Assembly (NCBI GenBank): GCA_041491305.1
Contig: JBGPUU010000001.1
Coordinates: 15,500-79,499 of the forward strand
DNA from: Candidatus Methanoperedens sp.
GTDB taxonomy: Archaea > Halobacteriota > Methanosarcinia > Methanosarcinales > Methanoperedenaceae
Direction of reading: 5' to 3'
DNA: 64,000 nucleotides
Shown piece by piece: positions 10,558 through 20,859 of this stretch. The notes under the pieces are model-generated. The model ran no database searches and had not been told where the DNA came from. It saw only the letters and a list, made by a program, of their open reading frames with translations. The stretch's first letter is position 1. Each line of letters begins with the position of its first letter. Both the position numbers and the translations under genes were made by a program.

Positions 10558-11126
10558 ATGAAATTCAATGGAGTAAATCATCTTGCAATGGCAACAGGTA
10601 ATATGGATAAAACCATACTTTTCTGGCGTGATTTTCTTGGCATGAGCCTTGTAGCTGGTCTTGGTCAGCCAGGGTATAGACATTACTTTTTTGAGATACC
10701 ACCCTTCGACCTGATAGCATTCTTTGAGTGGGAAGGCGTTGAGGCTATGGTAAAAAAGGAACATGGAAGGCCTGTAAGCGGCATGTTTGGTTTTGATCAT
10801 ATATCATTTGGGTTGAAGAAGAAGACGACCTGTGGGAACTAATGGATAAGCTTGAAGCCGCGGGTTTCTGGGTATCGGATTTAATCGACCATGGTTTCAT
10901 TCAATCTATTTGCAGCTATGACCCTGATAACATTTCAGTTGAGTTCAGCCATAATGTGAGCGGCATCGATACCAAAAAGAATCCTAGAATGGGAGATGCG
11001 CAACCAGCAAATTTAGCACTTGAAGGCTCGGAACCTCATAAGAATAAATGGCCAAAAGTCAAACGTGCAACGCCCCGTGGAGTGGAGACCCGGAAAATCC
11101 ACGCTGGGAAAAGTATAGGTATATGA
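10558..11126 (+). pseudogene. VOC/glyoxalase family protein, split by a 1-bp frameshift at about 10810
   Basis: GVNHLAMAT...FDHISFG; restoring one G in TTTGGG(G)TTGAA gives GVEEEDDLWELMDKLEAAG, joining ORFs 10558 and 10842. Could be a homopolymer sequencing error. Confidence 0.75.
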
Positions 11127-11159
11127 TAAAACCCGAGTGGCTTAAAATAGGAGTATAAT

Positions 11160-11999
11160 ATGTCAGAAGGATTACCAATATTCGGAAAAGAAGTGTTTGA
11201 TACACTTTTCATAGATTACAGAATTATGGTCACATTTGCGATCATCTCTATAATCATGTTCCTTTCAGGAATGTACATGCAGTTAGCTAAATGGGGACAG
11301 GGCATCCCCGAAGGTGCAACAAAACCCCTTGGAGCATGGAGCACACTTAAATTAATCATTCATAGAATTTTTGAGAAAGGTATTTACCCTGCTCTTGGAG
11401 TAATAGTCTTCGATGGTTTATTCCAGCGCAGAACATGGCGAAGAAGAAAGACCGAATGGTTGATGCATATATTTATTTTCTGGGGATGGTTCGGGTTGTT
11501 TATATTGACAATAACTGCTGCTGCAGCCGAATTCTATGGGCCGTTCATCCTGAATGAACCTGTAGGCCAGCCAAAATTATTTATCGATACATTTGCGGCT
11601 CTGAAAACCCCGAATCTCATATTTTCTTCAATGTTAACTATTGGAATAATTATAGCGATTGTGAGAAGAATCTTTTTTGCAGATGTCCCACCCGCAAGAT
11701 TCACAAGCGTTGATTGGATATCAATTACCGGGATTGCTATAGTTATAATATCTGGATTCCTTGCTTATTATCTCAGGATAGATTATTATGGAATAACGGG
11801 GCGAATGTTAATTGGTCAATATGTATTTACAGTTCCAAAATTCTTTAATAATCCTGCAGTTCTTTTTCATGAGGTATTTACCCTGCTGTTCTGTGTTGGT
11901 TATTTACCATTCAGCAAACTCTTCCATATGTTTGTTACCCCGCTTGTAATTATGATGAACAAAGGTGGCTATGTTGAAGTTAATGAAGTTAATGTATAG
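11160..11999 (+). CDS. Cytochrome b membrane subunit, HdrE/NarI-like
   Basis: About 5 TM helices with heme His residues: WLMHIFIFWG, LFHEVF, LPFSKLFHMF. Confidence 0.8.
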   Translation: MSEGLPIFGKEVFDTLFIDYRIMVTFAIISIIMFLSGMYMQLAKWGQGIPEGATKPLGAWSTLKLIIHRIFEKGIYPALGVIVFDGLFQRRTWRRRKTEWLMHIFIFWGWFGLFILTITAAAAEFYGPFILNEPVGQPKLFIDTFAALKTPNLIFSSMLTIGIIIAIVRRIFFADVPPARFTSVDWISITGIAIVIISGFLAYYLRIDYYGITGRMLIGQYVFTVPKFFNNPAVLFHEVFTLLFCVGYLPFSKLFHMFVTPLVIMMNKGGYVEVNEVNV

Positions 12000-12061
12000 G
12001 GAATTACTTGTTAGTCATATAACGAACAATATTTAAGCATAAATCAATATATACTAAAATC

Positions 12062-13372
12062 ATGGCTAAAAATAAACCTGCAATCTCGCTTGAAAATTTT
12101 ACCCCCACACAACTGATGGAGTATGACGCTTGCACACGATGTGGTGAATGCGTCAAGTATTGTCCTACATATGAGGGCCGAAATAAAGACCAGAATATCG
12201 AGCCCAGAGATAAGATCCTGCGGTGGAGAGAGTTTGTAATAAGGAGTTATGGCTGGAAAGCCAAGCTCTTCGGACCTGCAGCTATTCCCCCTGAGGAAAT
12301 TAAAAAGTACACGGATGACCTCTACAACTGCACAACTTGTGGAATGTGCGGCACTGTTTGCTGCGCTGGCATAGATACCATAGAACTCTGGGAATCAAAC
12401 CGCGCCAATCTCGTGAAGCATGGGACAGGACCTTATGGTAAGCAGAACCTCTTCCCAAAGCTAATAGGAGAAGGACATAATCCTTATATGAAACTGCAAA
12501 AAGACAGGCTTGCATGGATGACCCCTGATATCAAGGTAGCTGAAAAATCCGATATTGCATATTTCATAGGATGCACAGCAGGATACAACCAGCAGGTGCT
12601 TGGTGTCAGCACGGCAAGGATTTTGAACAAACTCAATGTTCCATTTATGGTACTTGGTGAAGATGAATGGTGCTGTGCCTCTGCGCTCATAAGGACAGGG
12701 CAACAACATTTAGGTGATGTGCCAAAACAAGCTGCACTGCATAATATTGAAGCGCTCAAAGCAAGAGGTGCAAAGAGAGTTATATTCGCATGCGCCGGAT
12801 GTTTCAGGGCCGCCAGGATAGACTGGCCGCGAGCATATGGAAAAGAATTACCCTTTGAGGCAATTCACATGTCACAGTTCCTTGCAGAGCAGCTTAATGA
12901 TGGAAAGATTAAATGGGAAAAGACGTTGAACAAGACCGTGGCCTATCATGACCCCTGCCATCTCGGAAGACATGTAGGCGTGTTTGAGGAGCCCAGAAAC
13001 GTCCTTAAGAGCATGCCGGGCATCAAGCTTGTAGAAATGGAGAGAAACCGCAATGAACAGCGCTGCTGTGGTGCTGGTGGAGGCGTTAAAGCTGGTCTCC
13101 CTGACCTTGCACTTGCTGTTGCTAAAGATCGCATGAATGATGCCAAAGCAACCGGCGCCATGGTATTGATCAGCACATGCCCGTTCTGCAGGCGTAACCT
13201 TCTTGATGGTAGAGATGACCTCAAGATGGATATGTACGTAGACGATCTTGTGGTTCTAACTGCAAACCTGATGGGGCTCTCAACAGATGTCAAACCACCA
13301 GCACCGGGTGCCCCAAAAGAGAGCATCAGCGACCTGTTCAGGACCCAGACAATACCACCAAAAATAAAATGA
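12062..13372 (+). CDS. HdrD-like Fe-S oxidoreductase (2x[4Fe-4S] + 2 CCG domains)
   Basis: [52 protein letters not shown]. Confidence 0.85.
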   Translation: MAKNKPAISLENFTPTQLMEYDACTRCGECVKYCPTYEGRNKDQNIEPRDKILRWREFVIRSYGWKAKLFGPAAIPPEEIKKYTDDLYNCTTCGMCGTVCCAGIDTIELWESNRANLVKHGTGPYGKQNLFPKLIGEGHNPYMKLQKDRLAWMTPDIKVAEKSDIAYFIGCTAGYNQQVLGVSTARILNKLNVPFMVLGEDEWCCASALIRTGQQHLGDVPKQAALHNIEALKARGAKRVIFACAGCFRAARIDWPRAYGKELPFEAIHMSQFLAEQLNDGKIKWEKTLNKTVAYHDPCHLGRHVGVFEEPRNVLKSMPGIKLVEMERNRNEQRCCGAGGGVKAGLPDLALAVAKDRMNDAKATGAMVLISTCPFCRRNLLDGRDDLKMDMYVDDLVVLTANLMGLSTDVKPPAPGAPKESISDLFRTQTIPPKIK

Positions 13373-13400
13373 TAAGAATTTATTAAAAGGAGGTTTTTAA

Positions 13401-13949
13401 ATGAAGAAAATGACAGAACAGCATCTTATCAATGCATTTGGAGGAGAAAGCCAGGCAAATATGAGGTATTTGCATTTTGCAAACCAGGCTGAAAAAGAAA
13501 AACTCAATAATACGGCACGCTTATTTCGTGCAATCGCCCATGCTGAATATATACATGCAGGGGACCATTACCAGGAGCTAAAACACCTGGATGGGGGATT
13601 TGTCGCAAATAGCATGGCCGCTTTTGGCCCTGGTGATTCCAGGAAAAATCTCAAACTTGCCATCGCGGGGGAGACATTTGAAATCGAGGAAATGTATCCT
13701 GTATACCTGGAAGTAGCAAAATTCCAGGGAGAAAAGGGTGCCCAGAAAAGTTTTGAATGGGCGTATGGCACTGAAAAAATGCATAAGCAGCTTTATGAAA
13801 AAGCACTGGATTCGGTCAACTCTGGAAAGGACGTTAAACTCGGCCCGATCCAGGTTTGCGAAGTTTGCGGATATACACTGGAAGGAGAAGCACCTGATAA
13901 ATGTCCACTGTGCAATGCATCCAAAGACAAATTTAGTGCATTTAAATAG
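13401..13949 (+). CDS. rbr: Rubrerythrin
   Basis: AFGGESQANMRY, AEYIH, GETFE, EKMH; C-terminal rubredoxin CEVC...CPLC. Confidence 0.92.
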   Translation: MKKMTEQHLINAFGGESQANMRYLHFANQAEKEKLNNTARLFRAIAHAEYIHAGDHYQELKHLDGGFVANSMAAFGPGDSRKNLKLAIAGETFEIEEMYPVYLEVAKFQGEKGAQKSFEWAYGTEKMHKQLYEKALDSVNSGKDVKLGPIQVCEVCGYTLEGEAPDKCPLCNASKDKFSAFK

Positions 13950-14024
13950 CAGGCGGTGTCCTCACCGGGCTAGGGCAAGAAAGTGCAGATGTACATGATA
14001 AAGAGAAGGGTTGAAACGGGCGCC

Positions 14025-14543
14025 TTACCCATTTAACCCTTTATCGTGGATGGAGAAACCGTACCATGAACCCTCCTGGCCCAGATGATACAGTGCAGCT
14101 TCAAGAATCTCTTTGTGACCTTTCTCAAAAATCACGAGCTTTAAAAAAAGGTCTTTGCTTGATCTAATGTCTGTTTTTTGAGCACTCTTTGAATATAATT
14201 CAATAGACCTCTCTTCAGTTCTGATCCCAATTTTCAGAGCTTCCTGTGTTTCGGTTATGGTCATCTGCTCAAGTGATTCCCGGAAAACCCGCCTGGCTTG
14301 TTCCCTTTTCTTTTCATCCATCACCCCTTCTTCAATGGGTTTTCCTGATATCTGCCGGTACTCTTTCTCAAGGAGCTGTTTGTGGTCCCCTTCATCCCTG
14401 GAAAGCCTTTTGAAAATCGATTTAGCATTTTCTTCCTCAACGATGTCGCTAAATATCGAATAGTATTCCTGGCCATAGATCTCGATCGAAATAGCTTCTT
14501 TCAGAATATCAAGAATATTGCTTTGATTGTCCGTATTATTCAC
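14025..14543 (-). CDS. Ferritin-like / rubrerythrin-family diiron protein
   Basis: EIYG, DEGDH, TEERS, FEKGH (two ExxH-type ligand sets). Confidence 0.85.
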   Translation of the reverse strand: MNNTDNQSNILDILKEAISIEIYGQEYYSIFSDIVEEENAKSIFKRLSRDEGDHKQLLEKEYRQISGKPIEEGVMDEKKREQARRVFRESLEQMTITETQEALKIGIRTEERSIELYSKSAQKTDIRSSKDLFLKLVIFEKGHKEILEAALYHLGQEGSWYGFSIHDKGLNG

Positions 14544-14725
14544 CCATTAAAGGTTGATTTCAAACGATAATAAAGATAGTGTAATGATTGAAATTTTTTT
14601 GGATATTTTAATATGTTCTTGCATTTATCAAAGTAGAAATGCGGTTCTTAAAGTCTGTTTTATTTCTTCAGATAGTTAGCAATAATTAAATAGTTTGCAC
14701 ACCATGCAATATTCTGGGAGTTTTT

Positions 14726-15352
14726 ATGGCAAAAAATAAATTGAACATACTTATCGTCTTCTACAGCATGACCGGAAATGTTGCAAAACTGGCAAAAGCG
14801 GTAGCTGAAGGGGCGAGGAGCGTTAATGATACAGAAGTGAGAATTAGACAGGTTGAAGAGCTTATTCCCAAAGAGAAGTGGAACGACATTATGAAGAAAG
14901 TGAAAGAAGAACTGAAAGATATTCCAATTGCTTCAATGGGTGATCTGGAGTGGGCTGATGGCATAGCATTCGGAACTCCAACAAGATATGGCAATATGAC
15001 GGCTCAGATGAAGGAATATATAGATGAGACTGGGGGCCTCTGGCAAAAAGGTGCTCTTGAGAACAAGGTGGCAGGCATCTTTACAAGCACAAGCACCCAG
15101 CACGGGGGTCAGGAAACAACAATAATTACTTCGATGGTACCACTATTTCATCTGGGAATGATCGTCGTGGGAATTCCATATTCTGAACAGAGGTTGTTCG
15201 TATTTGATTCGATATCAGGCGGCTCTCCATATGGTGCCTCTTCAATATCTGGACCGATGGCCGATAGATCCCCTACTTCCAATGAACTCGAAATTGCAAA
15301 AACACTTGGCAGGAGAATAGCTGAGGTTAGCAGAAAGATTTCAGGTAAATAA
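14726..15352 (+). CDS. wrbA: NAD(P)H:quinone oxidoreductase WrbA
   Basis: FYSMTGNV, FGTPTRYGNM, STSTQHGGQETT, GGSPYGAS. Confidence 0.92.
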   Translation: MAKNKLNILIVFYSMTGNVAKLAKAVAEGARSVNDTEVRIRQVEELIPKEKWNDIMKKVKEELKDIPIASMGDLEWADGIAFGTPTRYGNMTAQMKEYIDETGGLWQKGALENKVAGIFTSTSTQHGGQETTIITSMVPLFHLGMIVVGIPYSEQRLFVFDSISGGSPYGASSISGPMADRSPTSNELEIAKTLGRRIAEVSRKISGK

Positions 15353-15541
15353 ATCATTTTATTTCACTATCTATCTCGGGAAGAGGAAGGAGCTTCTAAC
15401 AGCAGAAGAGATAATGAAGCTATCAGACCTGAAAATACGCTGGTGACCTGCAGAGGTGATGCAGAAAAAGTATATCCATAGGTTGCAGGTATTCTGCAAG
15501 ACTTCTGGCGAGCCCTAAATGCGGTTATCAGGGGAAAATAG

Positions 15542-15720
15542 GTCTTTGTTCCGCTAAACGACAAATTTGCAAGCATATATTCATGCAGTCCTACGGTTTA
15601 TGGTTTCGCCCATATCGGCAACCTCCGTGCCTATATTTTTGCGGATGTTCTCAGGAGGTATCCAGAATTAAGGGACATTATATCCGGGAGGTCATGAATA
15701 TCACTGACCTTGATGATTAT
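15542..15720 (+). pseudogene. cysS: Cysteinyl-tRNA synthetase N-terminal remnant
   Basis: [40 protein letters not shown] then (frameshift) [15 protein letters not shown]; matches CysRS CGPTVY...HIGN...NITDIDD. The rest of the gene is absent. Confidence 0.75.
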
Positions 15721-15870
15721 GGCTGCGCTTCAGCGTAATGTGAAGCGCATGAAAAAGGATACCCTCGTCTCGGCTTTGCTCTATAAATCGAATCTCACCT
15801 TTCTCTATTTCATTGGATCCCGCTTTGAATGTTACGATATATCCTATGGGACATTCCTACATTCTCGGCT

Positions 15871-16056
15871 TCAAACTTTTTCGGTAATTGCTTTTTCAAC
15901 CTCGCTGAATAAATTCTCCATACAGGCATTACATGTCCTTGCATGGTTTACAAGGAGCATATCTGCATTTCTCAGAATAGGCAGAACCTCGACCAGCTTC
16001 AAACCTGTGATCTATTTTTTTACCCTTCTGGACAAACAGAATGATTGGTAATCCAT
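15871..16056 (-). pseudogene. Possible small protein with HxxxCxxC motif, interrupted by TAG at 16012-16014
   Basis: MDYQSFCLSRRVKK*ITGLKLVEVLPILRNADMLLVNHARTCNACMENLF...; co-oriented downstream of the PRTase. Homology not recognised. Confidence 0.3.
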
Positions 16057-16093
16057 ATCAAAAAAATTAAGGCAGTCCGAAGAAACCCGGGAA

Positions 16094-16771
16094 CTAACAA
16101 ATCTTCCCGATGATAGAAAGAACCTCCACGTCCGAAAGGTCGTACCAGTTCCTGTATGCATCTGCCACTGCAAAAGAATTCCCGTGCCTCACGTTCAAGC
16201 ATACAAGTTCATCTACTTGAAGAAGAACAAGCTCCACAGTTCTTTTTGAGGCTGTTGGAACAGCAACAATAATTTTCCCTGGCTTGTTTCTTTTTACAAA
16301 ACTGACAGCAGCAAGCATCGTATAGCCCGATGCAAGCCCGTCGTCTACAAGAATCACAATCCTGTCTTTCAAGACTGGAAAGGGTCTTCCTCCCCTGAAG
16401 ATCTGATCTCGCCTTTTGATTACCTCTTTCGTCTTTTCAGCCTGCTCCCTTATCTTATCTTCGGTAAGACCAAGCTGGGCGAGCAATCCTTCATTTAAAA
16501 TAATTTCCCCACCCAGCCCCATTGCACCAAAGCCTGCCTCGGGATTGTAAGGTATCTGGAGCTTTCTCACTATCATTAAATCCATGGGAAGATGAAGCGC
16601 AACCGCTATCTCATGAGCCACGGGCACACCTCCGGAAGGGATTCCAAGAACTATGCCGCCAGAATCCCTGTAATGTACCAGTTTTCCGGCAATGAGGCTA
16701 CCTGCTTCGGTTCTGTTTTCAAAGACATGGAGTTTATTTCTCAGAGAAACTTCTTCAATCAGCCTGCCCAT
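16094..16771 (-). CDS. Type I phosphoribosyltransferase family protein
   Basis: FENRTEAG, LGIPSGGVPVA, VRKL, VILVDDGLASGYT (PRPP loop). Confidence 0.88.
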   Translation of the reverse strand: MGRLIEEVSLRNKLHVFENRTEAGSLIAGKLVHYRDSGGIVLGIPSGGVPVAHEIAVALHLPMDLMIVRKLQIPYNPEAGFGAMGLGGEIILNEGLLAQLGLTEDKIREQAEKTKEVIKRRDQIFRGGRPFPVLKDRIVILVDDGLASGYTMLAAVSFVKRNKPGKIIVAVPTASKRTVELVLLQVDELVCLNVRHGNSFAVADAYRNWYDLSDVEVLSIIGKIC

Positions 16772-16773
16772 TA

Positions 16774-17037
16774 CTACATCTTTTCCATCATTTCCAGAGC
16801 ATCTTCAAGCGGCAGCGCGGGCGCTATATGGGGCACTCCTAACTCCCTGAACGGGTAGGTTATTTTCAGGATAGCTTCCTCGTTGGGGGCATCGAATATA
16901 GCCACAGAGATGTGCCTTCCGATGAGGAGATACCTGCCTATCAGCTTCACTTCTTCGGGATATTTGAATTCTCTCCAGAGTTCAAGAAGCCGTGAAGTGT
17001 TCTCAGGCTGCCACTTAAACCATAGTATACACAGCAT
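16774..17037 (-). CDS. Small GYD/DUF3303-like protein
   Basis: 87 aa; YPEEVKLIGRYLLIGRHISVAIFDA...PALPLED pattern; RBS GGAGG upstream. Confidence 0.6.
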   Translation of the reverse strand: MLCILWFKWQPENTSRLLELWREFKYPEEVKLIGRYLLIGRHISVAIFDAPNEEAILKITYPFRELGVPHIAPALPLEDALEMMEKM

Positions 17038-17088
17038 AACTTACCTCCTATAATTTGTATATAATCAGGCATTATTTAAGGAATTCGG

Positions 17089-17327
17089 ATGAAGATTTTC
17101 TTCGCAGGCGCAATAAGAAGCGGCAGAAACCTTTTGCCTATCTGTGAAGCTCATGGAAACATGGCAGTGAGCCGGGATCATACGGGCCCAGGAGAGTAAC
17201 TCAAGCTGAGATACGGACCGCGTTCTGCAAAGGTTGGAAGATAAATTATATCAGGGAAGCGGAATTTGAATCAACGTTTGGTGCAGAGGGTGTGAAAGCA
17301 TGGCTATCCTCCATCACTCGTTTGTAG
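17089..17327 (+). pseudogene. Chimeric remnant: nucleoside 2-deoxyribosyltransferase-like start joined to a methyltransferase 3' end
   Basis: MKIFFAGAIRSGR at 17089; 17168-17327 is collinear with 23279-23438 (about 20 mismatches in 160 bp by manual alignment). Confidence 0.65.
17168..17327 (+). repeat. Dispersed 160-bp repeat (copy of 23279-23438)
   Basis: TGAGCCGGGATCATACGGGCC...ACTCGTTTGTAG at both sites, no indels. Confidence 0.9.
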
Positions 17328-17437
17328 GATCCCGTCCGATTATTTTCACATACCTCACCAAAAGACAGTCTCTATTTTTTACTCAGTTCACGATACAATG
17401 ATAACAAGATGCCAGGTTGTTGCTAAAGTCAAGATTA

Positions 17438-18004
17438 TTAAAGCAGACCCAATCCATCCAGTTCTATAACTACCTTCTCGACTGCTGCTTCTGCATCCTC
17501 TGGTTTCTTGCCGCCTGTCACCACAATTTTGCCAGAGCCGAACAATAGCATGACCACTTTGGGGCTGGACATCCTGTAAACAAGACCGGGGAATTGTTCA
17601 GGTTCATATTCAACATTCTCAAGCCCAAGACCGATAGCAACTGCATTGAGGTTGAGCACTCTTCCAAGATCTGCTGATGCAACGATATTCTGTATCTTAA
17701 TTTCAGGCTTATCCAGTACCTGGACACCCATTTCTCGTAATTTCTTAAACACGTTTGAAAGACCTATGTCTACATCAGCAATACTTTTTGCTCCTGTACA
17801 AACGATCTTGCCACTGCCGAAAATAAGCGCTGCGGTTTTCGGGGATTTTGTTCTGTAAACAACACCAGGGAATCTTTCTTTGTTATACTCTGCTCCTTCA
17901 AAAACCCTGAGGACTTGATTCAGGTCAAGTTTTGCTCCAATAGCTGTAGATGCAACAACATTTTCTATTTTTATAGTCTTCTTTTGTTCCGTAGTATTTA
18001 CCAT
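17438..18004 (-). CDS. tbp: TATA-box-binding protein
   Basis: [53 protein letters not shown]. Confidence 0.95.
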   Translation of the reverse strand: MVNTTEQKKTIKIENVVASTAIGAKLDLNQVLRVFEGAEYNKERFPGVVYRTKSPKTAALIFGSGKIVCTGAKSIADVDIGLSNVFKKLREMGVQVLDKPEIKIQNIVASADLGRVLNLNAVAIGLGLENVEYEPEQFPGLVYRMSSPKVVMLLFGSGKIVVTGGKKPEDAEAAVEKVVIELDGLGLL

Positions 18005-18023
18005 ATTCGCACCTTTAATTAGG

Positions 18024-18042
18024 GTATTTAAAGCTTTATATA
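18024..18042 (-). promoter_or_regulatory. Candidate TATA box(es) of tbp
   Basis: Minus strand TATATAAA (18035-18042) and TTTAAATA (18024-18031), 20-38 nt upstream of ATG 18004. Confidence 0.4.
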
Positions 18043-18261
18043 GGTTGGGATGCACCTATGGGATTCCTAAACAATTCTCTCAACGTATCTGGGATTATGA
18101 AAACCACATGCCAGTGAGAGACTTTTAAAAGCTTATGATGTATCTCATCTGCCATTCGTTAGCTGCCTTTGTCCCGACTTTGTAGTCTTCTCAGGCATTG
18201 CATGGGAAAAGTATTAATGCTATGGTTATTGTAATCGTTGCTGATGTCTTGGCTTTTGTTT

Positions 18262-18883
18262 TTAGAGACACAAACAAGAATGGAAGCCAAGAACATTAAT
18301 TTTTCTAATGAAAAATAAGCCGCACGTTTGGGGTATGATTTTATAGTTTCCTATACGTTCAAGAAAACAGGAATAGACCGCAGCATCCGAGATTATGCGG
18401 AGAGCGCCCGGATGGGAGTTGGATACGAGGGGCAGGAATTTATTCGTCCTTTCTGCTTTTTCAACTTTTTTCTGCTCTACCGAAGGTTCCAAGCCGTGTG
18501 TTGTGGGGGAAAACCACATCTGGATGAAACACATTTGGTTCGTCCGGCTTGTTATTGATTTCCGAAATGCCACATGCCCTTTCCCACGGTGGTATGCTGT
18601 ACCCAGCCCTTCTTCAGTATTCCACCTTTGCCGCGCTCGTCCTCATGGCGGAACTCCCCGCCTGCGCAGTAGGTCACAACCTCATTATCCCGGTGCGGAT
18701 GCAGGGGCCATACTGCACCCGAAGATAGCGTATCGTCGTTAAACACGCGCAGGGGGTGCCGAAATGAGTATATTCAGGATCATAGTACTGGTCAAAAGAG
18801 AAGTGCCACCGTCCATTGAATGTGCCGTTCTGGATTTGACCATGCGCTTGATAGATGGTTTCAGGATTGCGAACTGTTATCAT
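18262..18883 (-). pseudogene. Pirin family protein, multiple frameshifts
   Basis: WHFSFDQYYDP..HFG / VFNDD...LHPHRDNEVVTY...HED...VQHTTVG.GMWH / SEINN...FIQMWF spread over three frames. Confidence 0.85.
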
Positions 18884-19027
18884 AAATACTCACTCCCATG
18901 TCGTTATATAATAATTATCCCGCATAAAAATATATCTCCCTGTTTACTGCCAAATAATTATGCTGCAAAAATAGAGACAATAGGAACTATATACTGTTAT
19001 TATCAATACTCCTATTGGGAGAAGAAA

Positions 19028-19432
19028 ATGGAGAATGAATCTTCATGGGTTTATGTAATTGAAGAGAATGAATTGCAGGAAAATAGTGCGAACATGGTAT
19101 TTCCAAAAGGGCTGCCGGTTCTTCTCATCAAAAAAACTGGTGAAATTTACGCAATATTAAACAAATGTTCTCATATGACATGTGCCCTTGCAGGTTGCAC
19201 TTTAAAAGATTTTATAATCAAATATCCCTGCCACGCCTGGAAATACGATGTTAGGACAGGCGAGGTTTTAAGTGGCCCGGATCCTCACGATTATGGAGAG
19301 GAACCAATACCTGAAGGTCTAATGAAATATTTCCAGTATGTAGGTATGATGTTATCAAAGATCAAGACTTATGATTTAGAAACTTATCCTGTTAAAATAG
19401 AAGGGAATTCGATAATGGTGGACGTGGATTAA
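19028..19432 (+). CDS. Rieske [2Fe-2S]-type ferredoxin, second Cys ligand replaced by Tyr
   Basis: NKCSH...IKYPCHAWKYDVRTG; the canonical CPxH box reads YPCH. Confidence 0.75.
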   Translation: MENESSWVYVIEENELQENSANMVFPKGLPVLLIKKTGEIYAILNKCSHMTCALAGCTLKDFIIKYPCHAWKYDVRTGEVLSGPDPHDYGEEPIPEGLMKYFQYVGMMLSKIKTYDLETYPVKIEGNSIMVDVD

Positions 19433-19578
19433 TTTATGAATGGAATGTCTGATTACACAGTAGAGGATAAATACATCCCTGGAGTATGCAACATTGGTAA
19501 AAGTGAAATCAAAAGGAGAAAACAGGCAGGATGGACAGGCTAAAATAAAGTTGAAGGTATTTATCCACACGGAGGGAC

Positions 19579-20076
19579 ATGAGAACTGTTGCCGAGATGT
19601 TTGCTGAAATGAAGAAAATCGCTGACGAGGAAGGCTACCAGTTCAATCCCGTCATGGAAGAACTGGATGGTCTCCTGCAGGGATTATGGGATAACGAACA
19701 CAGGTACGGCTATCTTTCATGTCCCTGCCGCTTAGCAAGCGGCTTGCTGGCGGATGATATGGATATTATCTGTCCGTGTAACTACCGGGATGCCGATGTT
19801 GAAGAATATGGCTGCTGCCTGTGCGTGCTGTATGTGAGCGATGACTGGATAAGCGGAAAGAAGAAGCATGAGCCTATACCGGAAAGGCGCCCGCTGGAAT
19901 ATTATGAGAAAGGCTATCCGAGCATTATGGAACAAAAAGGAGCAGGAGATAAAGAAATGGCTCAAGTCTATCGATGTAATGTGTGCGGTTATCTCTGCGC
20001 AAGGGATGAGCCGCCAGACCTCTGCCCGATTTGCAGGGCGAAGAAGGAGAGGTTTGAGGAGTTTGAGATGATGTGA
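19579..20076 (+). CDS. Ferredoxin:thioredoxin/disulfide reductase catalytic subunit fused to rubredoxin (FDR-type)
   Basis: YLSCPCR, ICPC, GCCLC, C-terminal CNVC...CPIC; GGAGG RBS. Confidence 0.88.
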   Translation: MRTVAEMFAEMKKIADEEGYQFNPVMEELDGLLQGLWDNEHRYGYLSCPCRLASGLLADDMDIICPCNYRDADVEEYGCCLCVLYVSDDWISGKKKHEPIPERRPLEYYEKGYPSIMEQKGAGDKEMAQVYRCNVCGYLCARDEPPDLCPICRAKKERFEEFEMM

Positions 20077-20381
20077 TAAGGCGAATCTTAGAAAATGATG
20101 TATATATAATATAATACAAAATGCTAGAACTGTGGCATCCTTCAAACTTTGGTTTATGCGGAAACCAGAGACGGAATGGATCGCACGTTAAACCGGTTGC
20201 GACCATAACTGATACAATGGATAGCGTAGTCCGAAAGAATTAGAGTTATATCACAGAACTCTGGAAGCTTCTGGCTTTAGCCATGTTCAAATCCGTTTTC
20301 AAACTGTTTCCAGGGATTCCAATCCAAAATATTAATGATGCATTGGAGATATTTAATCCTTAACGAGTGAGGAGTGTTAAA

Positions 20382-20594
20382 ATGACTATATATACCCCTG
20401 AAGAAATTGTGGAAATGGCAGAAAAGTTGATGAAGGATATTGCGGATTCGACAAAGGATATCGCATCGGAAGAACCCGTTGATGTAACAATGGCAGTGAA
20501 TTATACAGATAGATGCGCCCGGCTAATAAAAAACCTTGCAGAAAGCGTATCCGAGCTCCATCAACGGGTTGATGTACTTACAGAAAAAGAGTAA
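20382..20594 (+). CDS. Hypothetical helical protein
   Basis: GAGGAG RBS before ATG 20382; 70 aa ORF. Confidence 0.55.
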   Translation: MTIYTPEEIVEMAEKLMKDIADSTKDIASEEPVDVTMAVNYTDRCARLIKNLAESVSELHQRVDVLTEKE

Positions 20595-20615
20595 CAGAGT
20601 ACCTCGAATCCGAAC

Positions 20616-20834
20616 GTGATGAAAGAGGTTCCCTTCATCGATGGTAAAACAAAGATAGGCATAAAAAATAGCAAGTTAGCGGCATATCTGGAAAATCTTC
20701 AATCCGCAGGCTATGTAGTGAAGGCAAATAAAAGCAAGGGTAAGGAAGGTTTCATTGATATTTTTATGATCGGGAGAGCCGGAGAATTTATTAAGTCAAA
20801 ACAGGTTTGTTTTTTGCCTGACCAACATTTATAA
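20616..20834 (+). CDS. Hypothetical protein
   Basis: 72 aa ORF co-oriented and closely spaced between neighbours. Confidence 0.45.
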   Translation: MMKEVPFIDGKTKIGIKNSKLAAYLENLQSAGYVVKANKSKGKEGFIDIFMIGRAGEFIKSKQVCFLPDQHL

Positions 20835-20859
20835 CAGTTAAAAGTGCTAACCAAATAAC

